Positions 52,386 through 64,000 of a DNA stretch of 64,000 nucleotides are shown here, in pieces; within the stretch, counting starts at the first letter, position 1, and every line of letters starts with the position of its first letter. A program made the translations under genes and the position numbers. The notes beneath the pieces are model-generated. The model was not told where the DNA came from. It saw nothing but the letters and a program-made list of their open reading frames with translations, and did no database searches. The DNA is from Podarcis melisellensis (taxonomy: Eukaryota), in assembly GCA_964234715.1 (NCBI GenBank), contig OZ174284.1, one strand, 5' to 3'.

Positions 52386-52603
52386 GGTGTCCAAACTTTT
52401 TTCAAAGAGGGTCATATGTGATGAAGTGAAGGGCTGTGAGGGCCGACCAAAGTTGTTAACCTTTTTCATACTTTCATAGTTGGAGTTGTTGAGCTTTTTT
52501 TTGTTGTTGTTGTTGTTGAGGGTTTTTTTTAGGATTTTACCCCAGGAAATAAACTTCCACCAGCGGCCGGATTAGCCCCCGAAATGGGCTTTGGGCATGC
52601 CTG
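52386..52603. mobile_element. hAT-type MITE (nested, left end damaged)
   Basis: ggtgtccaaac ... tttgggcatgcctg termini. Confidence 0.65.
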
Positions 52604-52639
52604 AGTGATTTCAATCATGATTTCAACTGATTTCATTTA

Positions 52640-53035
52640 CTGTACTTTCCCATGTATAAGGCTATGTTTTTTTCTTTAAAATTCAAGCTAAAAAGTGAGG
52701 GTCGTCTTCTACATGGGTAGTACATAGGGTGGGCGTTTGATTGTTTGCTGCCTAGGCTGTCAGCGGCAGTTGTGCATGTTCTTGGTTCCTGCGTCAGTGG
52801 GTGGTGTTGACTGACTGACGCTCTGGCAGTTGGGCAGGTGATTGGCAGCTCATGCTGGCGATGGGGCAGACGGGAGGTTGATTTAGCGACACGTGCGGGC
52901 GAGCGGTTTTCAGCACTAAACCACTAAAAAGCTCAACAACTCTGGGCCGTCTCCCCCAATTTTCTTAAATTGGGGTCCCCAAAAGTAGGGGGGGCGTCTT
53001 ATACATGGGGGCATCTTATAGACAGAACAGTACGG
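52640..53035. mobile_element. Tc2-like non-autonomous element (nested, older)
   Basis: TA|ctgtactttcccatgtataag...cttatagacagaacagtacgg|TA; doubled gcgtcttata motif at the right end, as in 25175 and 35215. Confidence 0.8.
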
Positions 53036-54486
53036 TAAATCAAACCCACCCTGCACACACACCACACTGCAATTTCCATGCGGACATGCAAGAGGTATTT
53101 CCACGGTACAGGGACATTTTCCACCCAGAGCTGGGCTGCTAAGAGATGTGCTCTCCTGAGTCCCACACAAGAGAGACCCTCGAGGGCTGCAATTCAGCTG
53201 CCAGGCCAGAGGTTCACCTCTCTACCTCAGCTCTTCAGGGATGGCTACAGAGCCCTCCATTTCTTTTCTTTCCCTCTGAACTTTGGCCCATTTTTCCCCC
53301 ACCTCGCGCTTTCTCGCCCTGTTCCGAAAACCTCTGTTTTCATACACCACCTACTTAGTCAGCCCTGTGATTAACATTTTTATAACAAACTGCCTACTTA
53401 TTTCCTCATTGAGGATTAAGGGCGGCAGAGGTGCGGCGGGAGGGGGGGAAACCCCTTTTCCCTCCCACCGACACATGTGTGCTTCATGGTCTTAGCCAAG
53501 GGACGTTACGGTTGGCAGAGACCCGAGAGAAACTTGCATTTTGGTAGCTGCTGAAACGAATATTTGGCTGCGTGGGGAGCCACATGACTGTGATTCATAC
53601 TGTACTCTTGAAATATGGCAAGAGGCCTAGGGAAGGATTTAGTGCCAACACTGAGAGAGCAGGGACACACTCAAATATCACATTCTTTTTATAGCACAGG
53701 CATGCCTCACAGGAAAAATATTGAACTTGGCCTGCCAGCTGAAAGAGAGCAGGCCCAATTGTGATTTTACGTCTTGAGTCACTCAGTTAATCAGTTAGTG
53801 GTAGAACATAGGAAGCCTTCTGTTAGTCCTACTTGGGGGGGGGGGGGCGAAATGGCTGTTAATTAATTAATAGTGACACTGAGCAGTTTATTAATTTGCT
53901 CCAAACCGCTTTCATTCATAGATCCAAGGCTCTTAATGCGCTGCAAGCTAAAACAGCAGGGATCTTCCAGAATATTTGGCTATATTTCTCTTTCAATTTG
54001 TAGCTTCTGTCATTTCCTTTACCACTTCAACTACATAAGTGTTTTGTAAAAGTTCTATCGGTTCCATTGCTGCATTCTTATTTTTGTGTGCTGTTTGCTC
54101 AGGTATGCAAAATTTATACCCAACTTTGGATCATATACCTCAAATGTACTTATATAAGAGGATATTAGCTTGCTTGAAAGGTACTAGATTGAAGAACTGT
54201 GGTAGAATTTTTTAAACTATCATAATCTGAAGCCAGATATATGTAGCTGACTGAAAAATATGCCACGAAAACATGATTTCACGCTATCTAAATGTCAAAT
54301 GACAGCAGCATGCAGTTCCTTTTTTGCGTATGCAAGGTCTCGGTTTGACCTCCAAAAGGATCTCAGGTAGCAGGTGGAAAACATCCTGTACCAGAGAGCT
54401 CCTGTCAATCAGAGTTTACAATACTGGGCTAACTGGCCCTGTATAAGACATTTTCATACGTCTCTGGTGGCAGTGATGATGGGGAA

Positions 54487-54487
<1 letters not shown>

Positions 54488-54516
<29 letters not shown>
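54488..54516. repeat. (TG)n microsatellite
   Basis: Direct reading. Confidence 0.95.
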
Positions 54517-54519
<3 letters not shown>

Positions 54520-56014
54520 AATAATCCAATGCCAGTTGTCTAATCACTGGTCTTCAATAATGTTCATTTCACTTGGTGCTTGTTCACCAGTTTGGTATAT
54601 AGCATGATTGTTTTCCATTTGTCACACCCCCTTCAACAGTTGCAAATGTGTATAGGCATTAAATGGACAGGGGTTCATTCATCGGTGATGAAGTAGCCAA
54701 AATAAATATATGTTGGCCAAATTTTAGACTCATTTTCTAGGTAAAGCAGACAAAAGTTATGCCTGCCAGGTATGTCAATCACTTGATACGCTCCACTGAT
54801 AGGTGTAGTCATCATGTGTCAGTAGCCTGTACACACAGTGAGAGAGAGTCTCATTCAAAAATTAAAATGCAATTAAAAAAAATACAAGACACGGATTCCA
54901 GCATGCTGGTTAGAAACACAGCATAAGAGCAAAAATAGAACTAAAAGGCCAATGAAATGTTATTCTCCTGGTGCTGGGGGGTGGTGGATAAGGACAGTTC
55001 ATTCTGACAAAGGCATTCCAAAGTCAGGGTGCCTCAACTGAGAAGGCCCTGCCTGTTCAGGGGGCGGAAAGTGATAGCTTGAAATATATTTGGCACATCT
55101 TCCTTCCTTGCTGTTGAGGTTAGCAATAAACTAGGAAGGGTGGTGCTAGGATACCTTCTCTGGCAGGGCACTCCAAATGCAGAGCAGTTCCTTCTGGCAC
55201 CACCCTGGCTAGCTTAATAGCATATTCAAAAGTGTGGAAAGGAGATACACAGAATATATTTCAGTCTATGAGCCCTTTCCTGAACCTCACAGTCCTTTGT
55301 CCTTTGTAGCAGTAGTACAAAATGATCACTCTTCCTGTTTCACTTCCTTTAAGGAGGTATCGGTTTGGTGCACTGTTATAAAAGGGTCACGTTCTCTTAA
55401 TAACGGCCAGCTTCCTTAGCCCTGAACATTATCAGCAGCACTGTTGGTTCAAAGGCTTATTCCTTCTCAAGTGCCATCAATCTGCATCAGCATCAGAAAT
55501 TGTCGGGTCTGTAGCATATGGAAGTTCCTCTTCCTCAAAGAATATGTCTATGACAGATTTATATTGATGACTGTGCTACCTACGCTGCAGTTACAGACTT
55601 CCATTATATTCAGGCTCTGCTAACTCAGTCCCCATTTCCTGTTTAAGGTGAGACAAGGTCCTGCCTGAACAAGGGGTGAAATTACAGCTGAACTTTCTAA
55701 TTGCTGTTAGCACAGGAGAACCTTTGAGAAATATTGCAGGACCCTTTTTGTGTGTTCAAGCCTACCCCTGCAATCTCTTCCCCAGTATGCATGAGGCTGT
55801 GGCAGCTCCACGTTCACTTCTGTCTGACCCAGAAGTTCTGGAGTATGTCTGAACTCCCATCCGATTGAAGCTCCACAGTCTCAGGTGCTGCACTGAAAAA
55901 CATCGTGTATAAACCCAGCAAAATTCAGAAATCCATCTCTTTATGATAGCCCTGGTCATACCCCCTCTAACATTACACCATGATCTTATAATTATACAAG
56001 AGTACTAATAATTA

Positions 56015-56398
56015 AGATGCGGGTGGCGCTGTGGTCTAAACCACTGAGCCTCTTGGACTTGCCAATCAGAAGGTCGGCGGTTCGAATCCCCACAACGGGG
56101 TGAACTCCCGTTTCTCGGTCCCTGCTCCTGCCAACCTAGCAGTTCAAAAGCACGCCCAAAAGTGCAAGTAGATGAATAGGTACCGCTTCTGGCGGGAAGG
56201 TAAATTGCATTTTCTTGTGCTGCTCTGGTCTCAGTGTTCCGTTGCGCCAGAAGCGGCTTAGTCATGCTGGCCACATGACCTGGAAAAACTGTCTGCGGAC
56301 AAATGCCGGCTCCCTCAGCCTGTAAAGCGAGATGAGCGCCACAACCCCAAAGTCATCTGTGACTGGACTTAACTGTCAGGGGTCCTTTACCTTTACCT
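56015..56398 (+). mobile_element. Sauria SINE, full length (subtype B)
   Basis: TSD tactaataatta at 56003/56399. Confidence 0.93.
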
Positions 56399-59300
56399 TA
56401 CTAATAATTAGGGATGCATTGCAATAATCAGTGCAGATCTCCATGTGTTGCTTCTCAGCTAGAGCTACTATTTTCTGTGTATGTGCATGAATAAATTATT
56501 TGAAGTGTTCCAGTATTTTCTGCTGGAGTGACTTAAGTTGCGTTTTCCTTTAAGTTCCGTTGTACATAATAGAGTTGGCATTCTTGAAACCGAAGCACCT
56601 TTTGTTTTCACTGTTCCTAAATGTTGAGGATTGATGTACACAGAACCATTCCTCCCTGATGTTCTTCCCTCACAGCTTCTCCAGAGTGACCCTAGGAGTC
56701 AACTCTGAGTGGCTGACTTACCTGCTTTCACTTTCATTGGCTCCAAGCAACACAAATGATGAAAAGACTTATTCTCAGTGGCTAAAAAGCTCGTTTTCAT
56801 GCTTATTGGGCAGATCCAGGGCATTGGAGGCAGGGATCCTCCTGGGATCCTGCTGTACAAATAGTAACAGGTCTTCAACCCCCTTTGATCCCAGCCACTA
56901 CACCTCAGTTTACAACATAAATCCCCAAACCCTGTGCCAGAGCACATTAGTGTGCTGAGAGAAAAAAAGGAAGAAAATAAGTATTGTAGCGGTACTTAGG
57001 ATCACAAAGAACCCATACCTGGAAGAGATTGCCTGCATCGTCTCTACATGATTATTTCTCTGGCCTTCCCTTTTTTTGCTGGAGGACAGTAAATTCTGTC
57101 ACATCTGTACATTGATTGGACTTTGGAAATTACTTTGTACCAGGCTGGATTGCTTGCCGACAAACCCTTTATATATAGAACCACCTTCGTGCAAGGCATG
57201 CCCTCTCGTTACAGAGTTCTGGGCTCTCATGCAAGTTCCTTCTCATCCAGAAATGGGTTTTGCTCAAATGGTAGCTTTCTTCTCCCGATCCTCCAATGCA
57301 AATAGCAGATACAGAGGGATCCGTCTGCATCAGAACTACAAGCGAGGCCAGCTGTAAAATCCCTTTTAGCACCTAGGGTTCCACAATTTCCTTTTTAAAA
57401 GCCATTCTTGAAATTGCTGGTTGTGAATGGCAATGTTGTGTGTTGTTTGGAGTTCAGCCAGCTACTGCAATGAGTGCCGCTATCTCCAAATCCCTTAGCG
57501 AATTAGAAAATAGATGGCTGGTGTTGGGTGCTTAGCAAGTAATTCCAACAAATTTGCTCCGAGTTTGTCTTCTGGCATACTGTCATTACATAGGCTCGAA
57601 AGATCCATTAGCCATGTATCTTCTCTCTGATAGAACTTTAGATCTTTCTGGATTCATATGCTGGAATGATCATGGCGGTATTTGAGGAGCCCATCGGGAG
57701 AGGGCTCTGTAATTAACTCATAGAAATCTTTGAGCAGAACCAAATGTAGAAGAATGGCCCCCAGCTTTCTACTGTCTTCCTTTATAAGCCTGATTCTTGC
57801 CACTATAATCAAGCTAACAATCATGTTGATTTGTTATAATAATTCCTTTAAATGCAGGCCGCAAAGCATATTATTTTTCAACTCTGGTTGTCTCACTTTA
57901 AAAAATGAACAACCCTTAAATGTGAGCCATCTGCTACACTTATCAAATAAAATGTGATAAACCAAGCATGTTTGAGTGCATGCATTTTGCCGGGTTTGCA
58001 TTTTTTCGACGACCTATTCTCAGAGTTGATACTTATCTTTTAGACTGTCATACAATTTATGCAGCTGATGGCAATTAAAGAAACTGATTTGTGGCCATTT
58101 ACATTCCTTTCAGAGGGTTCCAGTTAACATGTTATTCTCTCAATATATCATTCCTTTACACAATTTAACACTTTAGGCCGTACTTTCGCACAGTGATGCA
58201 CATGTACATGCTATTTCACATTGATTTCTGTGTAACTTCCGATTTGCGTAATTTATGTAGGCTCATGGCTTTAACTGTGTGTGGCACCGATGCCTTCTGC
58301 TGCTGTTTACTTTCATTAAGAGTACGAATGGATGACACCCAAAGTGTTGGATGTATTACAATTTCACCTTTCCCATACCATGTTGAGCTGCGATGTTCTG
58401 TGCCAGTATAGCCTCCAGAAAGTCATTGCAGTACATTGCAGCAGTCAGCCAAGGTTAACCCATTGTATCTTAAGTATTCTTTTGATTATGGCTTTGCTAC
58501 AACAAGTGAAATGTTAATATACACAGCAATGGTGATTTATTCGCATCCTAGTAATAGCTATATTTTATTTTAGATACATACTCCAGCATGCAGACAGCTG
58601 CGTACATAGGTGGTAGTAGGGGGCACTTAGTTAAAGGGGTTTTTAATCTTTGTAAAATAACAGTGAGAGGACCAAAAGCAGCTGATATCCTCAAGCTGCC
58701 ATTGTTTCCCTGGATTAGCACCCATGCCCAAGCCACTAGTGTGTCTTAGAAAGGAAGAGGTTGAGTTGCACCCATTAGGCTGGGAGAAGGAAATTGCTGT
58801 GCTTCTGCCCACCTCCTTTTGCTCTGTGGTGCTCCTTTCCCATGGTCCATTTTCCATGGAGCTAGCAGATACAAAGGACTCTCAACCTTAGGTGTCAAGT
58901 GGCCTCTACAGTTCAGGATCTTCCATGACCGGACATCCTTGTAGTAACCACCATACCTGTTTTGTAGGGTCCATATCAGAAGAACTTATTGTTGATGCAA
59001 ACTTAGTATGTCCCAGGATTTCATATAGTCACTGAAACAATGATGATGGCAACTTCTAGGTCCTGGAATCTAGCTTATGAAAATGGCTGTGGCATGGGGC
59101 TGCTCATCCCTGGGATCTCCTGGGGCTGAGGTAATTTGTGGCAATAGCCCCTGCAGTTACTTGGAGCTAGGTGGAAGGGAGATGATGTGGGAGAAGGGAA
59201 GAGCAGTCTTCACCTTCCCTCTCTCTTGTCTCCTTCATCCACTGTATTGCTTCCCATGAGTCTTTGTTTTATTGTGTTCCACCCGTTGGTATTGTACACT

Positions 59301-59454
59301 TAGGACTAGTTCACATATTTTTAATATCTGTATGAAGACTCTATGAATTTCCTTTTTCCTCAAGAGCTTATGCACTCATTTTAGAAATAATCAAATGTCT
59401 TCCTTATGCAAATACCTACAGTGAAAAAAATGTCACTTCCAACCTCTTCTTTGT

Positions 59455-59585
59455 GGCTCTGGAACAACCCTGCAAATGTTGTTGGACTACAGCTCCCATC
59501 ATCCCTTACCACTGGCCATGCTGGCTGGGGTTAATGGGAGTTGTGCACCAAAGTATCTGGAGGGCACCTAGTTGGGGAAGCTTGC
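59455..59585. mobile_element. Degenerate palindromic hAT-like MITE
   Basis: ggactacagctcccatcatccc...atgggagttgt core. Confidence 0.6.
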
Positions 59586-59727
59586 TCTGGAACTGGGTCC
59601 TAAACTGGAATATCATGCCTTCCTACATCTCCCAGAAAAACATGGGTTAGGGCGGTGTCACTTGGTTCAGCATATAGTGAAATGGGAGGGTGAAGGTTGA
59701 ATTTAAGTCTTGAAGCATGGCTTAGAC

Positions 59728-59871
59728 CAGTTTTTCCAAAACTTGGCTCTCCAGCTATTTTTGGACTATAATAACTCCCATCATCCCTAGCTAGCAAGAC
59801 CAGTGGTCAGGGATGATGGGAATTGTAGTCTGGAAAAAAAACACCTGGAGACCCAAGTTTGGGAAACACTG
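59728..59871. mobile_element. Palindromic hAT MITE
   Basis: cagtttttccaaaacttgg / ccaagtttgggaaacactg; 8-bp TSD gcttagac/gcctagac; a half copy lies at 29109-29195. Confidence 0.87.
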
Positions 59872-60258
59872 GCCTAGACCGTTTGGGCACTTCTTTGCAA
59901 CATGTGCTAGCTCCAGTTATTATATGATAAAATATATGACGGCCTGACAATGATAGTGGCAAAATGAGTATGGATTTCAGCAGGGACACATACGGTTTTG
60001 TGAGGGGTTTTTTTGTTGAGTCTGGCATGGGTACGCTGATTCACAGCAATTGTGCTGATCTCTACATTAACGTTTTGTAGACGAAATGCCAGACCTGGGG
60101 GGGAATCATAGGGTCAGAATAAGAGCTATATTCTTCCAGCATGTTTGTCTTCCTTTTTAGAGTAGTACTTCTAGAGCACTTCAGTGTAGCTTTAAGGTGC
60201 CAAGTGAGTGATGTGGTGAGTCCCGGTGTTGCCATCATACCCGCTTTCTTATCTCTTA

Positions 60259-60430
60259 CATAGGAAGCTGCCTTATACCGAGTCAAGACCACTGGTCCAT
60301 CTAGCTCAGTATTGTCTACAGTCACTGACGGGCAGCGTCTTTGCCGGGTTTCAGACAGGGGTGTTTCCCAGCCCTACCTGGAGATGCCGGGGACCTTTTG
60401 CATGCAAAGTATGTGCTCTATTCCTGAGCT
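60259..60430 (-). mobile_element. tRNA-headed SINE with CR1-like tail
   Basis: Minus-strand head agctcaggaatagagcacatactttgcatgcaaaaggtccc; tail ggtataaggcagcttcctatg. Confidence 0.65.
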
Positions 60431-63400
60431 TCATCTCTTTGTATATTTTCCGTATATTTGATGCAAACTCTTGCCTTGTAATATTTCTGAGCGTTGTTGT
60501 GTTTTTTTTGCCAAGTGGAAAACGAGCTAGAAACGAGATCGAGCGAGTCACTCGCAAGCAGGCCACTTACATGCTAATGGGGGCTCTGTATTCCGTCACT
60601 GCCATCACACTGCTTTATAGATGCAAGCCCACCAGGAGCAGTAAAGCAGCATTTAAAGCAAACAGTAAAATGAACAACATTTGCAGAGCAATAAAAGGCA
60701 GCACCTTTGCAACTTCATTATTTTGAAAAATGTGAGAGCGTCAGTCACCAAGCACTGCAAATAAATAGCGTTTTATTGGGTTTCAAGTGAGCGCACATGC
60801 CAAATCAGACTTCCCCCTACGCTGCTGTTGTTTTGCTCTTTCCTCATCCTAGTGAACAGTCTGGAGAGAGAGAGAGAGAAAGCCAACATAAAATAAAAGT
60901 CTATAACTGGTTTTATGAGGAAACATATTGCAGTTAAGGACACATTGCAAAGAAAAGCCCTTTAAGATCAGTGAAACTATAAGAAGTGGCGAGGGGGGAA
61001 AGGAAGTCACAATTATTGAATGTGTTGGGGTACAGATTGCATGGACTTCAGGACCAGATAAGATATTTGAATTAAAGCATGCAATCTGCAACTAATTATT
61101 CACACCAAGTAAATAGTAGCAAATGGTTTTGAGTAAGCAAGATAAGTACCATAGGACCAAATTCTTACACTGGAAACTGAAACCTGCAGGGTGGTTTACA
61201 ACACCGGAATTTGGACTTTTAGTAGACTGAATATTTATTTGCATTTATTAATTAATTTATTCATTTGTTACATTTGTATATCACCCTATACATGTAGATG
61301 TCAGGGTGGTTCACAACATAATATTGCCTGCAAATATTTGTCTGCTCATCATCAGCATGGCCTAGAGAAGTTGATGCTATGTTCAAAGCAAGCACGAGAA
61401 ATTCATGTTGTTGCAGTTTAACGAAAGACTGATTGAAACATGCAGATTTCAAAACAGTTACCTCAGGCAACTGTAATATTTCAGAACACACACAGGATTG
61501 CTTGTTTGAAAATGTCCCCACGTCAAAATTTTAAGTCTCATGTAGCAAGCTTAGGGCCAATTTATGTAATCAGCAGAAGCAATCAGTAACAGTTTTTTTT
61601 GGCGGTGGGGGGGGGGCTGTGTACCATTTCAGGTTGAAGGTGGGTGTTGTACGTTTAAATGCTCCTTCCTCCCACCAAAACACCTTTGTGTATATGAAAT
61701 GAGCATGTGAAAAGGAGATGACTAGTTTGCGTGGTGGGAACATTGCGTTCTCACCTGCAGCCTGTAGTACACTAGTGGGAAACCTCAGGAACATCATAAG
61801 CTGTTTTATAGCAAGCTGGTCCACAGTTCAGCTAGCTCAGTATTATCTGGTGACTGGCAGTGTCTTTCCAGCACTTCTTTCCCCTTAACTACCCAGAGGC
61901 ACCAGGGTCTGAGTGTTGTTGTTGTTGTTGTTGTTTGGAATCAAGTGGTTTTTCTAAACCCTCCTCATGTTACGTTTTAGAGTGGCATTGAACCATAACA
62001 TGAAAATCAGGCCTCTTATTACAATGAAGTGTTATAGGAAGGGAGGAAAGCACCCATACAAATGCCTATTGTCGTTTGTCATCTGACTCTTGTCTGCTTC
62101 TGGCTTCTTGTTTCGAATATATGCCCAGCTCATTCACGTTATTTAATTGATAGCAACAACAATCACAGCCCACAAGGTGCAGAATCAATCTGAGCGCAAA
62201 TTTGCTTTTTTTTTTTTTAAATTAACTGATCTGTGGGTTGTGCTTTCTTTCTTATTCTGTGCATGCACTGTCGACACTTTTCCGCTTATGTTTATATGTG
62301 AAATGCTGATTATATGTTCTTACTGTGTTTTGCCCGTATGTGGAAGGTTCTTAATTGAGCAGGACCTCTTTGCAAAAAATGTTTTTGGTTAGGATGCTGA
62401 TGCATAGAGGAACAGGAATTCAAGAGTGACAGCTGTTGGAGGTAGGTCAATCCACAGAGCCAGTTTACAGAGTGACCTTCAGTTGGAGACATTGCTCTCT
62501 CCCAAAGTTGAGACATGAAACATGCAGACTGGAGAGCTACCTTTTTGCTTCTCTCCCAACCCTTCCACCCAGGGCAAATTATTGTGGGCACTTGTCCCTG
62601 CCCTAGTTCCTACCCTGTCTATTTCCCCCATGCCATGGGCTTTTGACAGCAATAACACTTAGGAGCTTGGAAGATGCAGGGGACTACATTTGTTGGGCAG
62701 CTTTATAGAGCTGTATATTAAAAGTATTTAATGAACATGAGATAGAAGAGTCAAGTGAACATGATCTATGTATTCTAAAATTTATATCCTGCCTTTCTAA
62801 ACAAAAGCCAATCCAAGGCATTTCAAAAAAAAATATATGGCAAAAGCAGTTTAAAATACAACACACCAACAGAGCAATAGCGAGAGCAAGAAACACAGCA
62901 AAAAACAAATTCTGCAAAGGTTGTTACTGGGACTTGTTCAGTTTGAAATTCAATTAGGATATTTGGTTTTTAATGTGATAATAGTGAAAATGGTATTGGA
63001 GAAATATTGAGCCAAAATGTATTGCCTGCAGCCTTCAGCATTACAATCATGAACAATTATGTATTGCATTCATGTAGGTTTTACTTTTTTATTATTGTTA
63101 ACATGAAATAAATTGTGGTGCTTTTTGGTAGCACGACTTCAACATGTAATGAATTGAGACCAAATGTGCAAATGGAGCATGGTTCGCTTCTCTAGGATAA
63201 AAAGTTTTTCTGATGAGGTGAATAATAATCACAAGCTGTTGAACTTGGCTGTCATCATGGGCCAGCCAAGCCCTCGTTGTATGCATAGTGTGATGGAAAA
63301 CTCCATTAATGGAAGTTTTTAATTTAATACGTTTATCAGGAATCCTAGTGCACTTCAGGATGGTGGTACCTTTTCATCAAACGGAACAACAAAACACGGA

Positions 63401-63444
63401 TATGAAAACCAGTTACAAGTTGCATGTAGTTAAATACAACCTTA

Positions 63445-63796
63445 GGGACGCGGGTGGCACTGTGGTCTAAACCACTGAGCCTCTTGGGCTTGCCGATCAG
63501 AAGGTTGGCGCTTCGAATCCCTGCGGCGGGGTGAGCTCCCCTTGCTCGGTCCCAGCTCCTGCCAGCCTAGCAGTTCGAAAGCACGTCAAATGCAAGTATA
63601 TAAATAGGTACCACTCCAGCGGGAAGTGAACGGCATTTCCGTGCGCTGCTCTGGTTTGTCAGAAGCGGCTTAGTCATGCTGGCCACATGACCCAGAAGCT
63701 GTACGCTGGCTCCCTTGGCCAATAAAGCAAGATGAGCGCCGCAACCCCAGAGTCGTCCGCGACTGGACCTAACGGTCAGGGGGCCCTTTACTTTTT
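63445..63796 (+). mobile_element. Sauria SINE, full length (B-type head, A-type body)
   Basis: TSD aaatacaacctta at 63432/63799. Confidence 0.93.
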
Positions 63797-64000
63797 AAAA
63801 ATACAACCTTAAGTCAAATATTTGACTATTCTTTGCATTCTCAAAAATTAGTATTATTAATACGTTGTTTAAAACATCTTTCCAATTATTTATTGGATGT
63901 AATGATTCAATATATCTCTATGTCTAATTTTAAGAAGCATACTATATAGCTGTTTGTTTTTAGTAAAAAGTGAAAAGCATAAACTGTTGAAAAATTGTGG

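Larger units (their letters stand above)
51776..53053. mobile_element. AT-rich hAT-type non-autonomous element hosting two nested MITEs
   Basis: Ends cacggtggat / acccaccctg; cacacaca on both flanks; subterminal aaatcagatttt and tgatttcaa repeats at both ends. Confidence 0.75.
13488..64000 (+). other. HMGA2: HMGA2 intron 3 (5' part, >50 kb)
   Basis: No exon 4 (PQQVVQKKPAQ-like) seen; intron 3 is known to be very large in amniotes. Two N gaps cannot be read. Confidence 0.8.

Noticed and set aside
60226-60726. 166-aa ORF
   Set aside because: First third is antisense SINE; non-ATG start; no protein-like motif

Overview
Vertebrate (squamate, most likely lacertid lizard) genomic DNA lying entirely inside one gene. 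The only host coding sequence I can support is a 51-bp exon at 13437-13487 (+) encoding KAEATGEKRPRGRPRKW, the third AT-hook exon (exon 3) of HMGA2, which is too short to appear in the ORF track. The window is therefore the 3' part of intron 2 plus >50 kb of the large intron 3; I did not find exons 2 or 4. The introns contain seven full-length Sauria SINEs (all sense, all with TSDs), CORE-type and other tRNA-derived SINEs, CR1/L2/L1 fragments, many Tc1/mariner- and hAT-type MITEs (several nested), microsatellites and two assembly gaps. Between these lie repeat-poor blocks that may be conserved regulatory DNA. Almost all listed ORFs are spurious or TE-derived. I see no convincing new biological system. 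The best leads are a MITE family with conserved ends but different palindromic cores (one a perfect 31-bp hairpin), a tandem duplication holding the empty and filled site of one insertion side by side, and a possible truncating cryptic acceptor in intron 3. TE family names come from recall and structure, not a database search.
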